Source of the DNA: an uncultured Planctomycetota bacterium
GTDB lineage: Bacteria > Planctomycetota > Planctomycetia > Gemmatales > Gemmataceae
Direction of reading: 5' to 3'
NCBI GenBank assembly: GCA_963849325.1
Contig: CAWKHF010000002.1
Location: 832,001-896,000, forward strand
DNA length: 64,000 nt
Part shown: positions 21,345-31,595 of the stretch, piece by piece
Position numbering within the stretch: position 1 is the first letter of the stretch
Layout: the number at the start of each line of letters is the position of its first letter
Notes under the pieces: model-generated
Seen by the model: the letters and a program-made list of their open reading frames with translations, nothing else
The model's database searches: none
What the model was told of the DNA's origin: nothing
Translations under genes and position numbers: made by a program

Positions 21345-21912
21345 TCAGATTTGCCACATCCATTCTTCAGTCGTTTGCGGTTTGAGGAGTCGTACTCCCT
21401 GGAGTCGCCAGCCGTGCTCCGGGTCGAAGTCGAACGTCGCGTCGCATTCGGCCAGGAATCCGTCAATGCCCGGCTGGCCGTGTACCTTGACCTGGAAGGA
21501 CGCTCGCGCCCGCCCTTCTGCCCGCGAGGGCGGGTCCGGACAAACGATGTCCCACACGTCCATGTGGTCCACTTGTTTTTGTCCAATGTATTTCCTGGCC
21601 TCTCCGCGAAGCTCTTCCTTCGTTCTTCCTCCGCGTGAGTGGAACCTATCCGAGATGTGCTGGAAGGCGCCATCGATATCGCCGGCGTTGAGGGCGGCGA
21701 TCATGGCGTGGACCTTGCGCACGATCTGCTCGCGGTCGGTTTCGATCGCCACGTCGAGGACCGCGTACAGACCCGCCAGGACCAGGACAGCGGCCACGCC
21801 CATCAGGCAAAGGCGCTCTGCGCGTCTGCCACCAGGCGACGAGCAGGAAACCGGCCAGCGCGGCAAGGACGACGTAGACGCTGGTGCGGCCTTCGAAGAG
21901 CCAGTCGAACAC
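21345..21912 (-). CDS. Membrane-anchored hypothetical protein with an NTF2/SnoaL-like soluble domain (frameshift near 21815)
   Basis: Two N-terminal TM segments across two frames, then ETDREQIVRKVHAMIAALNAGDIDGAFQHISDRF. Confidence 0.65.
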
Positions 21913-21960
21913 TCAGCCCCCTGTGGGCAACAAACAGGGGGCTGACGCCCCCCGCTCGCC
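21913..21960. repeat. REP-like hairpin overlapping the RBS of the 21345-21912 gene
   Basis: TCAGCCCCCTGT-N9-ACAGGGGGCTGA followed by CGCCCCCCGCTCGCC. Confidence 0.65.
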
Positions 21961-21975
21961 GCATCCTGAAACGAC

Positions 21976-23821
21976 TCAATGGTTCAGGATAAATTCATTG
22001 CTGTTGAGCAAGGCCCAGAACAAGTCCTCATAACGGCGCGATGGATCCTTGAAATCGTTGATGGTGAGACGATTGTCGCGGAGGCGGAACTGCTTCACGA
22101 TCGCGCTGGTCTCTCGGTTCGTCGGCAGCCGATTGAGGGCGGTCAGATACAGTTCCTCGATGGCGAATCGCTCCGTGCGGTTGCGGATGGCGATGGCGAC
22201 CGCGCCTTTTTCCTTGCGCGCGATGGCGTCGTTGATGTCCTTGCCGTTCATCATCAACAGCGCCTGCACGACGGTGCCGTTGAAGTTGACCTCGTTGCCC
22301 TCGTCGTCGCCGAAGTTGCTGATGAGGCGTGCCCAGCCACTGCTGCCTTGAGGTTCTTCTTGCCGTCCTTGGACTCGGCGGCCTCGGCCTTGGTGGCCAC
22401 CATCAGCGACTCGAACAGCTGTTCGGGACTCATCGACTTCATAATCATGCGGCTGAACAGCGCCTCCTGCTCCGGCTTGTCGTTGGTCTTGTTGGCCACG
22501 CAGCTGAGGTTGTAGGCGTTGCTGTTGCAGATCCAGCGGATCAGCTTCTTGAAGTCGTAGTTGTAGTGCTTGAAGCGAGCGGCCAGCTCGTCGAGCAGTT
22601 CGGGGTTGGACGGCTGGTTCTGGTCGTTGAAGTCGTCGATCGGATTGACGAAGCCGCGGCCGAAGAAGACGCCCCACATGCGGTTGACGATGGCCTTGGG
22701 GAACTGCGGATGGTCGATGACGAAGTCGGCCAGTTTCTCGCGTCGCTGCAAGCCGGTCATGTCGGCGGGCAGACGGCCGCCGTGTTTCTCCTCGCCGGCG
22801 GGCAGGAACTCGGCCTTGGCCGTGAGGATGACGCCGTTGCGCTTCTCGAAGAAGACGATGGCGTCCTTGACCGACGTTCGTCGTTGTCGCGGAGCGTCAG
22901 CTTGCCGTAGGCCATCATCCGGCCCACCTGCGGCGGCTGGCCGTCGCGGTTGACCTGGCGGAGGAAGGCGTTGACGCCCCAGAAGTGCTCCTGCTTGATG
23001 TTGCTGTAGAAGGGGTGATCGTGGCACTGGGCGCACTGCACCTGCGTGCCCAGGAAAAGCCGCGTGATGCGCGAGGTGATCGGCACCATCTGGAACTGGC
23101 CTTCCTCGGCGCGATGGGCCGGCGGCACGTTCTCGCCGACGTGGGCGAGGATGAAGTTGGTGGCCGCCCCGCCGTTCTCGGTGTCGTTGTTCTCGCCCGT
23201 GGCGGCGATCAGGCTCTTGACCATCTCGTTGTACGGCTTGTTCTGGCTGAACTGGTCTTCGAGCCAGATGGCCAGGTATTCGTGATACGGCCCGCGGCCG
23301 AACACGCCGGCGCGGCTGAGCAGCCAGTTCGACCACATGTTGGCCCAGTGGCGCGGGTACTCATCGCTGTCGAGCAGTCGGTTGATGAGCTTGGAGCGGC
23401 GCGTGTCCTTGGAGTCCTTAAGGTACGCGCGGATCTCCTCCGGCTTGGCGATGCGGCCGATGATGTCCAGCGAAGCGCGGCGGATGAACTCGAAGTCGTC
23501 GGTATAGCGCGACGGGGCGATCTTGTTCTCCTTCCACTTCTCCTCGCTCATTTTGTTGATGGTCGAGACCATCTCGGTCAGCTGAGACATCTCTTGCGGG
23601 TCGTTGCCCTTGACAACGAAGGTGAGCTTGGGCGCTTCGGGCCACTTCAGCGGCGCCTCCTCCTTGGCCTTCGTCTCCTTGCCTTTGTCGTCCTTGGGCG
23701 GAGCGGCCGACGTGACGTCGGACAGGCTCACCACGGCGAGCGCGCCACCCAGCACGAACAAGCCCACCAGAAGCGACCGGAGCCGACCCGGCCGCCAACC
23801 TCGCATGGATGCGCGGAGCAT
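21976..23821 (-). CDS. Planctomycete DUF1549/DUF1553 protein (frameshifts near 22880 and 22335)
   Basis: EFIRRASLDIIGRI, LFLGTQVQCAQCHDHPF, VNRMWGVFFGRGFVNPIDDF; ends EDLFWALLNSNEFILNH. Confidence 0.88.
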
Positions 23822-24048
23822 CGTTGACCCCCTTCAGGCCGATTTGTCCTTCGGAACCCACTCAGCCGTTCACGAACTGAATTCTCTCACGTCCGCGGAA
23901 GCGCGTCAATCATCCAACTGCTCAGAAAAAACCGTCCCTTGCGCTCCGGGCTGATCGTTTGGACGGAAAAAGACCCCTCTTAGTTCCCAAAGTCGCATGG
24001 CGGCGTCAAAATGAAGAGAGGAACGCTTGGCCCACCGGGAGGGAGACG

Positions 24049-24405
24049 ATGCGTCTGGATCTGGAGCGTGTGCGCGAAAACGTACGGCAAGCCGCCACCG
24101 AGGATCTGCTGGACCGGGCGACGGTTTATCGAGAGGGGATGGAGGTGGAAGCGCTCGACGTCATCGAGCGGGAGTTGCGCGATCGCGGCGTGACGCCGGA
24201 GGCGATCGCCGAGCACGAGCGGAAGCGGCGTGAAGGGGCGCTCTTGGATGCGCAGGGAATGACTCGGAAGTGTCACCAGTGCCTGCGTCCGGCCGTGGGA
24301 GAGAGCTGGGGCTGGCATTACTTGTGGGGTCTGGTGCCGCTCTTCCGCCGCCGCTTCGCCTGGTGCGAAGAACACCGACCGGGCGAACGCTCCGTCCGAG
24401 CCTGA
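24049..24405 (+). CDS. Hypothetical protein with a C-terminal CxxC...CxxH motif
   Basis: GGAGGG RBS; ATEDLLDRATVYREGM...KCHQC...WCEEH. Confidence 0.7.
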   Translation: MRLDLERVRENVRQAATEDLLDRATVYREGMEVEALDVIERELRDRGVTPEAIAEHERKRREGALLDAQGMTRKCHQCLRPAVGESWGWHYLWGLVPLFRRRFAWCEEHRPGERSVRA

Positions 24406-24449
24406 AGCGTAAGCGAACGGCACCCTTCGCTTACGCTTCAGGCTCGGAC
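24394..24449. repeat. REP-like palindrome, family A copy 2 (contains the stop codons of both convergent genes)
   Basis: GTCCGAGCCTGAAGCGTAAGCGAA...TTCGCTTACGCTTCAGGCTCGGAC. Confidence 0.85.
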
Positions 24450-24676
24450 AGCAACCGATCCACGTCGGCCTGAACGATCTGGCGCGACGGTTTGTCGAGC
24501 GTGGCGCTGATCCAGCTCATCACGGACGGCGTGAAGGGCAGCTTGCCCTTCTGGATGATTTCGAGCATGCGCTTGTGGCGACGGATGCGTTCTTTCATTT
24601 TCAACATGCCGTTGGTGCGCCGCGATTCGGCCATGTCGTAACGCCGCTGCTCCCGGCGGATACGTCGTGCTCCCAT
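24431..24676 (-). CDS. Small basic hypothetical protein (81 aa)
   Basis: AGGAG RBS; Arg/Lys-rich N-terminus. Confidence 0.7.
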   Translation of the reverse strand: MGARRIRREQRRYDMAESRRTNGMLKMKERIRRHKRMLEIIQKGKLPFTPSVMSWISATLDKPSRQIVQADVDRLLSEPEA

Positions 24677-24938
24677 GGGAAAGCTCCTGACTGGTCCTCA
24701 AGGCCCGATCGTAAAAAGACAACATAGCGAGGACGGCAGCCGTCGGAAAGACCGCTTCCGTCCCGATCCGCATCGTTCTCTCCGGCACGACCGCTGTGCT
24801 CGGCACTTCCGCCGAAGGTTTTCTTCCTGACCCCCTCTCGCCGCCCGACCCCGACTCTCTTTCGCTGGCACAATTGATTCGCGGCGGAGAGCTTTCCCCG
24901 CTTTCCCTTCCTTGATGCGGCACCTCGGGGGCAGTGAC

Positions 24939-25794
24939 ATGGGCCGGCGGCGCAACCTGAACGGTTTACGGATCGTCATCACGGGCGCCTCGCAGGGCAT
25001 CGGCAAGGCGCTGGTGGAGACGGCGGCGCGGCGCGGCGCGCGTGCTGGCCGCGGCGCGATCCGACACCCTGCTGACCGAGTTGTCCCAGAAGGTCCGGGC
25101 GTCCGGCGGCATCATCGAGACCGTTCACGCCGACATCACGCGGCGCGAGGACCGCGAGGCGTTGGCCGGCGCCGCCCTGCGCCACTTCGGCGGCATTGAC
25201 GTCCTCGTCAACAATGCCGGCATCGGCGCCACCGGCCATTTCGCCGAGGTTAGCCCCGAACGACTGCGGGCGATCATGGAAGTCAATTTCTTCGCCCTGG
25301 TCGAAACGACGCGGCAGTTTCTGCCGCTACTACGTCTGGGACAGACGCCGGCCCTGATCAACATCTCCTCGATCGCCGGCAAGCGCGGCATCCCCGCGCG
25401 TAGCGAATACTCGGCCAGCAAGTTCGCCGTACAGGGCTTCAGCGAAGCGCTGCGCACCGAACTGGCCAAGGACGGCATCGACGTGCTGGTGGTCTGTCCC
25501 GGATTGACGCAAACGAATTTCTCGCGGAACATGCTCGAACAGAAGGCCGCCCTGCAGCTCGATCATCTCCGCGGCATGACGGCCGAGGCGGTCGCCGAGG
25601 CGACGCTGCGGACGCTGGAGCGCGGCCGCAACGAGGTCTGCCTGTCATTGAGCGGCCGGCTCATCGTCCTGGTCAATCGCCTGTTCCCGCGTTTGGCCGA
25701 CCGTATCGCACGCCGCAAGGTTTACCATTTGTTCCGCCACGAGATCGAGTCCGGAGGGCCGCAATTGCCGGCACCGACGACGGCGAAAGTGTAA
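24939..25794 (+). CDS. SDR family oxidoreductase (frameshift near 25040)
   Basis: ITGASQGIG, VNNAG and YSASK motifs. Confidence 0.92.
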
Positions 25795-25859
25795 CGATTC
25801 GTCGCTTGCGTCTTCGCGCTCTCCGGCGCGAGCGCTCGTCTTTTCCCGCTGCGGCCCCG

Positions 25860-26708
25860 TTACTCGACCCGATTTTCAAGACAGCCAATATCCGTTATTT
25901 CGATGGCGATGTCGTCGCCGTGCTCCAGCGTGAAGTGATCCGGCGGTACGATGCCGGTGCCGGTCAGCAGGATGACGCCGTCGGGGAAACGATTGTCGCG
26001 TCCCAGCCAGGCGACGAGGTCTTCGAGCGAGCGTTTCATCGCCGACAGGCTCGTCGAGCCATCGAACGCCACGCCGCCGCCGCGGCGGATCGTCAGACGA
26101 ATGGTGACTTGCTCCGGCGGAGGTAGGCCGCCGACGAGCGTGATGACCGGGCCGAGAGCGCAGGCGCCGTCGTAGACCTTCGCCTGCGGCAAATACAGGG
26201 GGTTCTCGCCCTCGATGTCGCGCGAACTCATGTCGTTGCCGATGGTGTAGCCGACGATCTTCATCCGCGGCGACACGACGAGGGCCAGCTCCGGCTCCGG
26301 CACGTTCCAGCGGCTGTCCTGTCGGATGCGCACCGCCGCGCCCGGTGCGACGACGCGGCGCGGCGTCGCCTTGAAGAACAACTCGGGGCGCTCGGCGTTG
26401 TAGACCAGATCGTAGAAGCGAGCCGCTCCGGCCGACTCACGCTCGCGCGCCTCGCGGCTGCGCTTGTAGGTGACTCCCGCCGCCCACACTTCCTGCTCGT
26501 CCAGCGGCGCCAGCAGCTGGACGCTATCGAGCGGCACCCCGGACGCGCTCGCGTCGAGATGCGACGCGATCCGCGTCGCCGGATCGTCGGCGTGCAGGAA
26601 ATCGCTGAGAGTGTTCGGCCCGCCGCGGCGCAGGAAACGCACTTGCCCGTCGCTGACGACGCCGATCTCGACCTCTCCGCTCGCCCGCCGCACCTTGCAC
26701 AACTGCAT
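25860..26708 (-). CDS. Fumarylacetoacetate hydrolase family protein (2-keto-3-deoxy-pentonate dehydratase-like)
   Basis: QEVWAAGVTYKRSREAR, RPELFFKAT, VPEPEL and GNDMSSRDIEGENPLYLPQAK motifs. Confidence 0.9.
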   Translation of the reverse strand: MQLCKVRRASGEVEIGVVSDGQVRFLRRGGPNTLSDFLHADDPATRIASHLDASASGVPLDSVQLLAPLDEQEVWAAGVTYKRSREARERESAGAARFYDLVYNAERPELFFKATPRRVVAPGAAVRIRQDSRWNVPEPELALVVSPRMKIVGYTIGNDMSSRDIEGENPLYLPQAKVYDGACALGPVITLVGGLPPPEQVTIRLTIRRGGGVAFDGSTSLSAMKRSLEDLVAWLGRDNRFPDGVILLTGTGIVPPDHFTLEHGDDIAIEITDIGCLENRVE

Positions 26709-26739
26709 GACTGTCCCTCCGCTTCGCTGCTTGGTGACG

Positions 26740-27907
26740 CTATTGCCCGTCTTCAAGCCATCGATTCTCGCGTAGCGCTGTCACCATCTGCCGCGTCCTT
26801 TCGACGTCTCCCCGGGCGAGAAGGTGTTGCGCTTCCGCGATCCCCCGGTATAATCGCGGCGTGAACGGCACCGCCGCCCCGCGCAGAGGAGGATCGGGGA
26901 CCAGCCGATGCACAAGCGTTGCACAAAGGTCCGCCAGTCCCTCGCCCGTCTGCGCCGAGATACGAACCGCGTCCTCCGCCCCCTTCAGATCCCACGCTGG
27001 GGTCAAATCGATCTTATTGATGACCGGCTGGATCGTACCGAGGTCCGCGTCCGGCCAAACCGGGGGTGCGGACGCATCGAGTACCCACAGACACAGGTCG
27101 GCGCTCGCGGCCGTCGCCCTGGCCCGACGGATGCCCTGTTCCTCCAGCGCCTCCGCCTCCGTCCGCATTCCCGCCGTGTCCGCTAACTCGATCAACCAGC
27201 CGTCCAGCGCCAGGCGCGTCGTCACCACGTCGCGCGTCGTCCCCGGTGTCGGCGCCACCACGCTCCGCTGATAGCCGGTCAGGGCGTTGACGAGGCTGCT
27301 CTTGCCGACGTTCGGAGCGCCCAGCACCGCCACGCGCCACGGCCGCGTCAGTCGTTGACCTACTTCCACATAGCGGCTTAATTGCATCAAACCCTGCTGG
27401 GCCACCGCCGCATCGCCTTGAGCCAGCGCGGCCTGGATCGCCTCGAAGCTCCGCGCCAGCGCCCCCTGCTGCTGATCCAGCAAGATGCTAGCCGTGCGAA
27501 CCGTCACCGCCTGCGTCAAGGCGATCGCCGCCTCGGTACACAGAGCGTCCCCACTCGTCTTCCGCAGAAAATCTTCCCAACTACATATCTGCAAGCCTTG
27601 CGCGCGGAACAGGTCGAGCAGGAAGCGCACCGACCTCGCGGCCGCCGTGCCCATGTACTTCCAGCCACGGCAGCGGCTCGCGCTGCTTCACCGCCACGAC
27701 AACCTCATCCGCGACCTCGCCGCCGAGACGGCCCAACCAGAAGCGTCCGGCGACCGGGACGTCGGGCAGGACACCGCCGGAGCGGAGGCGGAAGGCCGTC
27801 CGCAACGCCTCCCAGGCGCGCGGACCATACAAACCCAGCGTCGCCAGCGCTGCCTGGCCCGGCGACGATAGACAGGCGATCCAGGTCGGCGTTTCCGGCG
27901 CGGTCAC
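26740..27907 (-). CDS. mnmE: MnmE/TrmE-like tRNA modification GTPase (frameshifts around 27640-27660)
   Basis: GAPNVGKSS, PGTTRDVV, DTAG and NKID motifs; N-terminal ACLSSPGQAALA and EVHGHGG. Confidence 0.8.
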
Positions 27908-28650
27908 GGCAATGCCTCCGCACTCAGACGGATGCCTTCGAGCGTCATGGTCGGCCACAGAGAGGCGTCGGGCAGAATCGCCTGCAACATGGGCGCATCG
28001 CCGCCGGTGAGGAACACCTGCGGCGACACCTTGGTCCTCGTCTTGTACTGTTCGATCAGGGCGCGCACGCCGCCCGCCACCGCCCAGAAAATGCCGGCTT
28101 CCATCGCGGCGATCGTGGACGCTCCCGGCAGCGGCGGCGTCGCGCGGGGCGGGTTGATCTGCGGCAGCAAGGCGGTATGGTCGTGCAGGGCCGCCGCCAT
28201 CAGACGCAGACCGGGGAGGATGGCGCCGCCGGCGAACGCTCCCGTCTCGTCCACCCAATCGACGGTGACGGCCGATCCCGCATCGATCGCGATGGCCGGC
28301 GTGTCCATCGGACGCCGACTGTTGGCCGCCACGGCATCGAGCAGGCGGTCGATGCCGACGTGGTCGGGCTTCTCCAGCCGCACCCACAGCGGTAACGAGG
28401 CCGCACCCGTCAGCACGCGAACGCGATCACCGCGCCGTCGCGCGTACCGCTCGAATTCAGCTCGCCACTCCGGATGGACGCCGGTCACGACCCACACCAG
28501 CGGTGATGGCAACTGCCACTGCCGGGCCTGCTCCTGCCAGGCGTCCCACGAGTCCGCAGAGAGAGTGCAAGCGTCGGTGACGCGGCCGTCCAAACAGCGG
28601 CCCCATTTGATGGCCGTGTTGCCGACATCGACGACGACGTCCGGCGTCAT
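27904..28650 (-). CDS. coaX: Type III pantothenate kinase
   Basis: VDVGNTAIKWG, GIDR, IDAGSAVTVD, GGAILPG and LTGGDA motifs. Confidence 0.93.
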   Translation of the reverse strand: MTPDVVVDVGNTAIKWGRCLDGRVTDACTLSADSWDAWQEQARQWQLPSPLVWVVTGVHPEWRAEFERYARRRGDRVRVLTGAASLPLWVRLEKPDHVGIDRLLDAVAANSRRPMDTPAIAIDAGSAVTVDWVDETGAFAGGAILPGLRLMAAALHDHTALLPQINPPRATPPLPGASTIAAMEAGIFWAVAGGVRALIEQYKTRTKVSPQVFLTGGDAPMLQAILPDASLWPTMTLEGIRLSAEALP

Positions 28651-29654
28651 GCGCTCACCTCGACCCGCGCGACCTGCAGCTGTTCGACCACGGCTCGCAC
28701 CAACTCCGACAATCCCTGTCCCGTCACCGCCGACAGGGCCAGGACCGGCCGGCCCAGTTCCTCCTCCAGCCGTCGCCGTACTTCGGCGCTGTCGGTCAGT
28801 TCGGCCTTGCTCACGGCCACGATTTCCGGTTTGTCCGCCAGCGCATGGCCGTGCAGCTCCAGTTCGCGGCGGATGGTCCGATAGTTGCGCAGTGGATCGC
28901 TGCCGTCGCTGGGCAGCGGCTCGACGAGATGCACGAGGACGCGCGTCCGCTCGACGTGCCGCAAAAACTCGTGTCCCAGCCCGATGCCGCTGTGCGCTCC
29001 CTCGATGAGGCCCGGCAGGTCGGCGAGGACGAACGCCCGTTCGCCGCCGATGGTCACCAGTCCGAGATTGGGGTGCTTGGTCGTGAACGGATAATCGGCG
29101 ATCTCCGGATGCGCCTGGGACAGTCGGCTGAGCAGTGTGGACTTACCCGCGTTGGGCAGGCCGACGAGGCCGGCGTCGGCGATGACTTTCAGCTCCAGCA
29201 CGATCCAGCGTTCCTCGCCCGGCGTGCCCGGTTGCGTCTGGCGCGGCGCCCGGTTGGTCGCCGTGGCGAAGGCCTTGTTGCCGCGCCCGCCACGTCCTCC
29301 CTTGGCCGCCGTCACCTGTTCGCCCCCCTCCGTAAGATCGCGCAGCAGGTGGCCGCGATCCCGGTCGTAAACCAGCGTCCCCGGCGGCACCGGGATGACC
29401 ATCTCGGGGGCACGTCGGCCGTGGCAGTTGTCCGGCCCGCCGCGTCCGCCGGACTGGGCGCGCCAGTGCTTGCGATTGACGATTTCGGCGAGACTGTCGG
29501 TGCCGGCCACGGCGCGGACGATGACGTCGCCGCCGTCGCCGCCGTCGCCGCCGTCCGGCCCCCCCTTGGGCACGTACTTCTCGCGCCGAAAGCTGCGGCA
29601 CCCCGCGCCTCCGTCGCCACCCTTCACGAACAACGATACGCGATCGACAAACAT
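28647..29654 (-). CDS. obgE: GTPase ObgE
   Basis: FRREKYVPKGGPDGGDGG, GLPNAGKST, ADYPFTT and DLPGLIEGAH motifs. Confidence 0.96.
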   Translation of the reverse strand: MFVDRVSLFVKGGDGGAGCRSFRREKYVPKGGPDGGDGGDGGDVIVRAVAGTDSLAEIVNRKHWRAQSGGRGGPDNCHGRRAPEMVIPVPPGTLVYDRDRGHLLRDLTEGGEQVTAAKGGRGGRGNKAFATATNRAPRQTQPGTPGEERWIVLELKVIADAGLVGLPNAGKSTLLSRLSQAHPEIADYPFTTKHPNLGLVTIGGERAFVLADLPGLIEGAHSGIGLGHEFLRHVERTRVLVHLVEPLPSDGSDPLRNYRTIRRELELHGHALADKPEIVAVSKAELTDSAEVRRRLEEELGRPVLALSAVTGQGLSELVRAVVEQLQVARVEVSA

Positions 29655-29984
29655 GGCCATCCGCTTCGGAATAGACAATCTTCATCCGACACGTTCCCTC
29701 TATGATACATACCCGGCTTCGGACGACGAAAGAAACGACGGCATCGCGGCCATTCTTTTCGGCACAATTCCTTCAAGTTGCCCATCCTCTTCGTCCGATG
29801 CAATGGAAAGGAAAGGCCTCTCGGAGCCCGCAGCGCCAGCGAGGGTTGATTTTCCTCGCTGACGCTGCGGGCTCCGACATCCGACGGGAATCTCCTGGAG
29901 GAGCTACCCATCCGAGAAACAAGAAACCAAGGCCGATCCTTCTGGCCGCGTGTTCGGGCGTTCGGCTGTCTGCTCCTGGCGGGC

Positions 29985-31499
29985 GTGCTGGCGTGGACCA
30001 CCCGTCCGGCCGGCGCTCAGATAGCCGGCTTGGCGGATGACCTCGTCATCCTCAGTAGCCGTCTGCGGAAGAAGGAGGCGGACAAGACGCATCAACACCT
30101 CGGACCCGGACCCGGCTCGATGGAAAGCCCGTTCACCTACGTCCCCGGCGCTCCCCAACCGATCCCGGGCGAACCGTCCAGCGCCACGACTCCGGGTCAG
30201 GCCCAGATTGCGCCGGTGGCAACCCGTGCCCCGGCCTCGACGCCGCTCTACGGCGCGCTGGAACTGCCCGCCACGGTGGAGGAGGGTCCGCCAACCGGCC
30301 TGACGCTGGACCAGGCCATCGAACGACTTGTCCAGGACAATCCCGGTCTGCGTACTCGCTTTCAGGAACTGTCTAAGGCCCAGGCGGATGTCCTTTCCGC
30401 TGGCCTGCGCAATAATCCTTTTATCTTCGGCAACGTCGGCAACGTCCCGTATGGCAGCTACTCGCCGCAGCGGCCTGGCGGCGTCAACTATGAAGTGACG
30501 GTCATCCAGTCCTGGGACGTCAATCAAAAGCGCAAGAGTCGCATCCGCGTGGCCCAGAGCGCCAAGAACGTGGTGGAGTGTCTGTACCAGGATGCCGTTC
30601 GCCTGGAGATCGACAACCTGTACACCGCCTTCCTGGACGTGCTGGCCGCCCGCGAGGCCGTGCGCCAGCAGCAAGTTGGTTTGGAAGGATGGGAGAAGGT
30701 CGTCGAGGCGACGCGGCCGATGGTGGAGTCGAAGCAGAAAGCCTCGTCCGAACTGGAAAGTGCCTTGGTCCAGCGCGACCGGGCCTTCCTGGCCGTGCAA
30801 GATGCCTCGTCCGCACTACGGCAGGCCAGGCAGTCGCTGGCCGTCATGCTCAACCTTCCTCCCGCCGACGCCGATTGCCTGGAGTTGCGCGGCGCCATCG
30901 GCGGCTTCGATCTGGAATTGCCGGCGCTGGAGGAATTGCTGGAGATCGCGTTGCACATTCGGCCCGATCTGAGTGCCTACCGTCTGGGCGTCCAGCGCGC
31001 TCAGACGGAGGTGCAGATGGCGCGGGCGGATCGCTGGGCCGATGTGTTCGTGCTATACACACCCTGGCAGCTCCAGGACAATTCCGCCATCGGCAGCCAG
31101 AACGCGACTTCGTGGAGCCTCGGAGCACTGGTCACGCTGCCGGTCTTCAACCGCAACCAGGGCAACATCTCGCGGGCGCGCAGTACCGTGACGCAAACGC
31201 TGATCGAGCTGCAAGGTCGGGAAACGCAGGTCGTCGCCGAGGTGCGGCGTGCCTATCAGGAATATGTGACCACGCGCCGCGCCGTGCAATATTACCGGGA
31301 GAACATCCTTCCGCGGGCGCGGCGCATCCGCGACGACAAGCTGCGCCTTTTCCTGGCGGGGACCGAAAACGTACTCACCTACCTCAACGCCCAGACGGAC
31401 TACAACGATGTGGTCCGTCAGTATCTCGAAACGAGCGTGCGTCATCGCCGCGGTGCGCTCCGGCTCAACACCGCCGTCGGCCAACGCATCGTGCCCTGA
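29985..31499 (+). CDS. TolC/CzcC-family outer membrane efflux protein (start uncertain)
   Basis: LTLDQAIERL, AGLRNNP, RPDL and LPVFNRNQGNI motifs. Confidence 0.85.
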   Translation: MLAWTTRPAGAQIAGLADDLVILSSRLRKKEADKTHQHLGPGPGSMESPFTYVPGAPQPIPGEPSSATTPGQAQIAPVATRAPASTPLYGALELPATVEEGPPTGLTLDQAIERLVQDNPGLRTRFQELSKAQADVLSAGLRNNPFIFGNVGNVPYGSYSPQRPGGVNYEVTVIQSWDVNQKRKSRIRVAQSAKNVVECLYQDAVRLEIDNLYTAFLDVLAAREAVRQQQVGLEGWEKVVEATRPMVESKQKASSELESALVQRDRAFLAVQDASSALRQARQSLAVMLNLPPADADCLELRGAIGGFDLELPALEELLEIALHIRPDLSAYRLGVQRAQTEVQMARADRWADVFVLYTPWQLQDNSAIGSQNATSWSLGALVTLPVFNRNQGNISRARSTVTQTLIELQGRETQVVAEVRRAYQEYVTTRRAVQYYRENILPRARRIRDDKLRLFLAGTENVLTYLNAQTDYNDVVRQYLETSVRHRRGALRLNTAVGQRIVP

Positions 31500-31520
31500 G
31501 GCGAATCCGACAGCAAGTTC

Positions 31521-31589
31521 TCGTTTAGCCGCGACGCGCAGCGGAGCGCGGGTCTGTCCCGCGCTCCGCTGCGCGTCGCGGCTAAACGA
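31521..31589. repeat. REP-like perfect hairpin, family B copy 1
   Basis: 32-bp perfect stem TCGTTTAGCCGCGACGCGCAGCGGAGCGCGGG with loop TCTGT, between convergent genes. Confidence 0.92.
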
Positions 31590-31595
31590 ATTTAA

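Noticed and set aside
24677-24938. Possible ncRNA or riboswitch in longer intergenic regions (also 7216-7324 and 29660-29985)
   Set aside because: Only generic hairpins are present (e.g. GACGAGCGG...CCGCTCGTC at about 7235-7280), with no motif I can assign. An Rfam/Infernal scan would be needed.
5423-27907. Pseudogene or programmed-frameshift calls for ackA, mnmE-like, SDR, S41 and DUF1549 genes
   Set aside because: The breaks are scattered single-base indels without consistent slippery sites, and catalytic motifs are intact. Assembly error is the best explanation.
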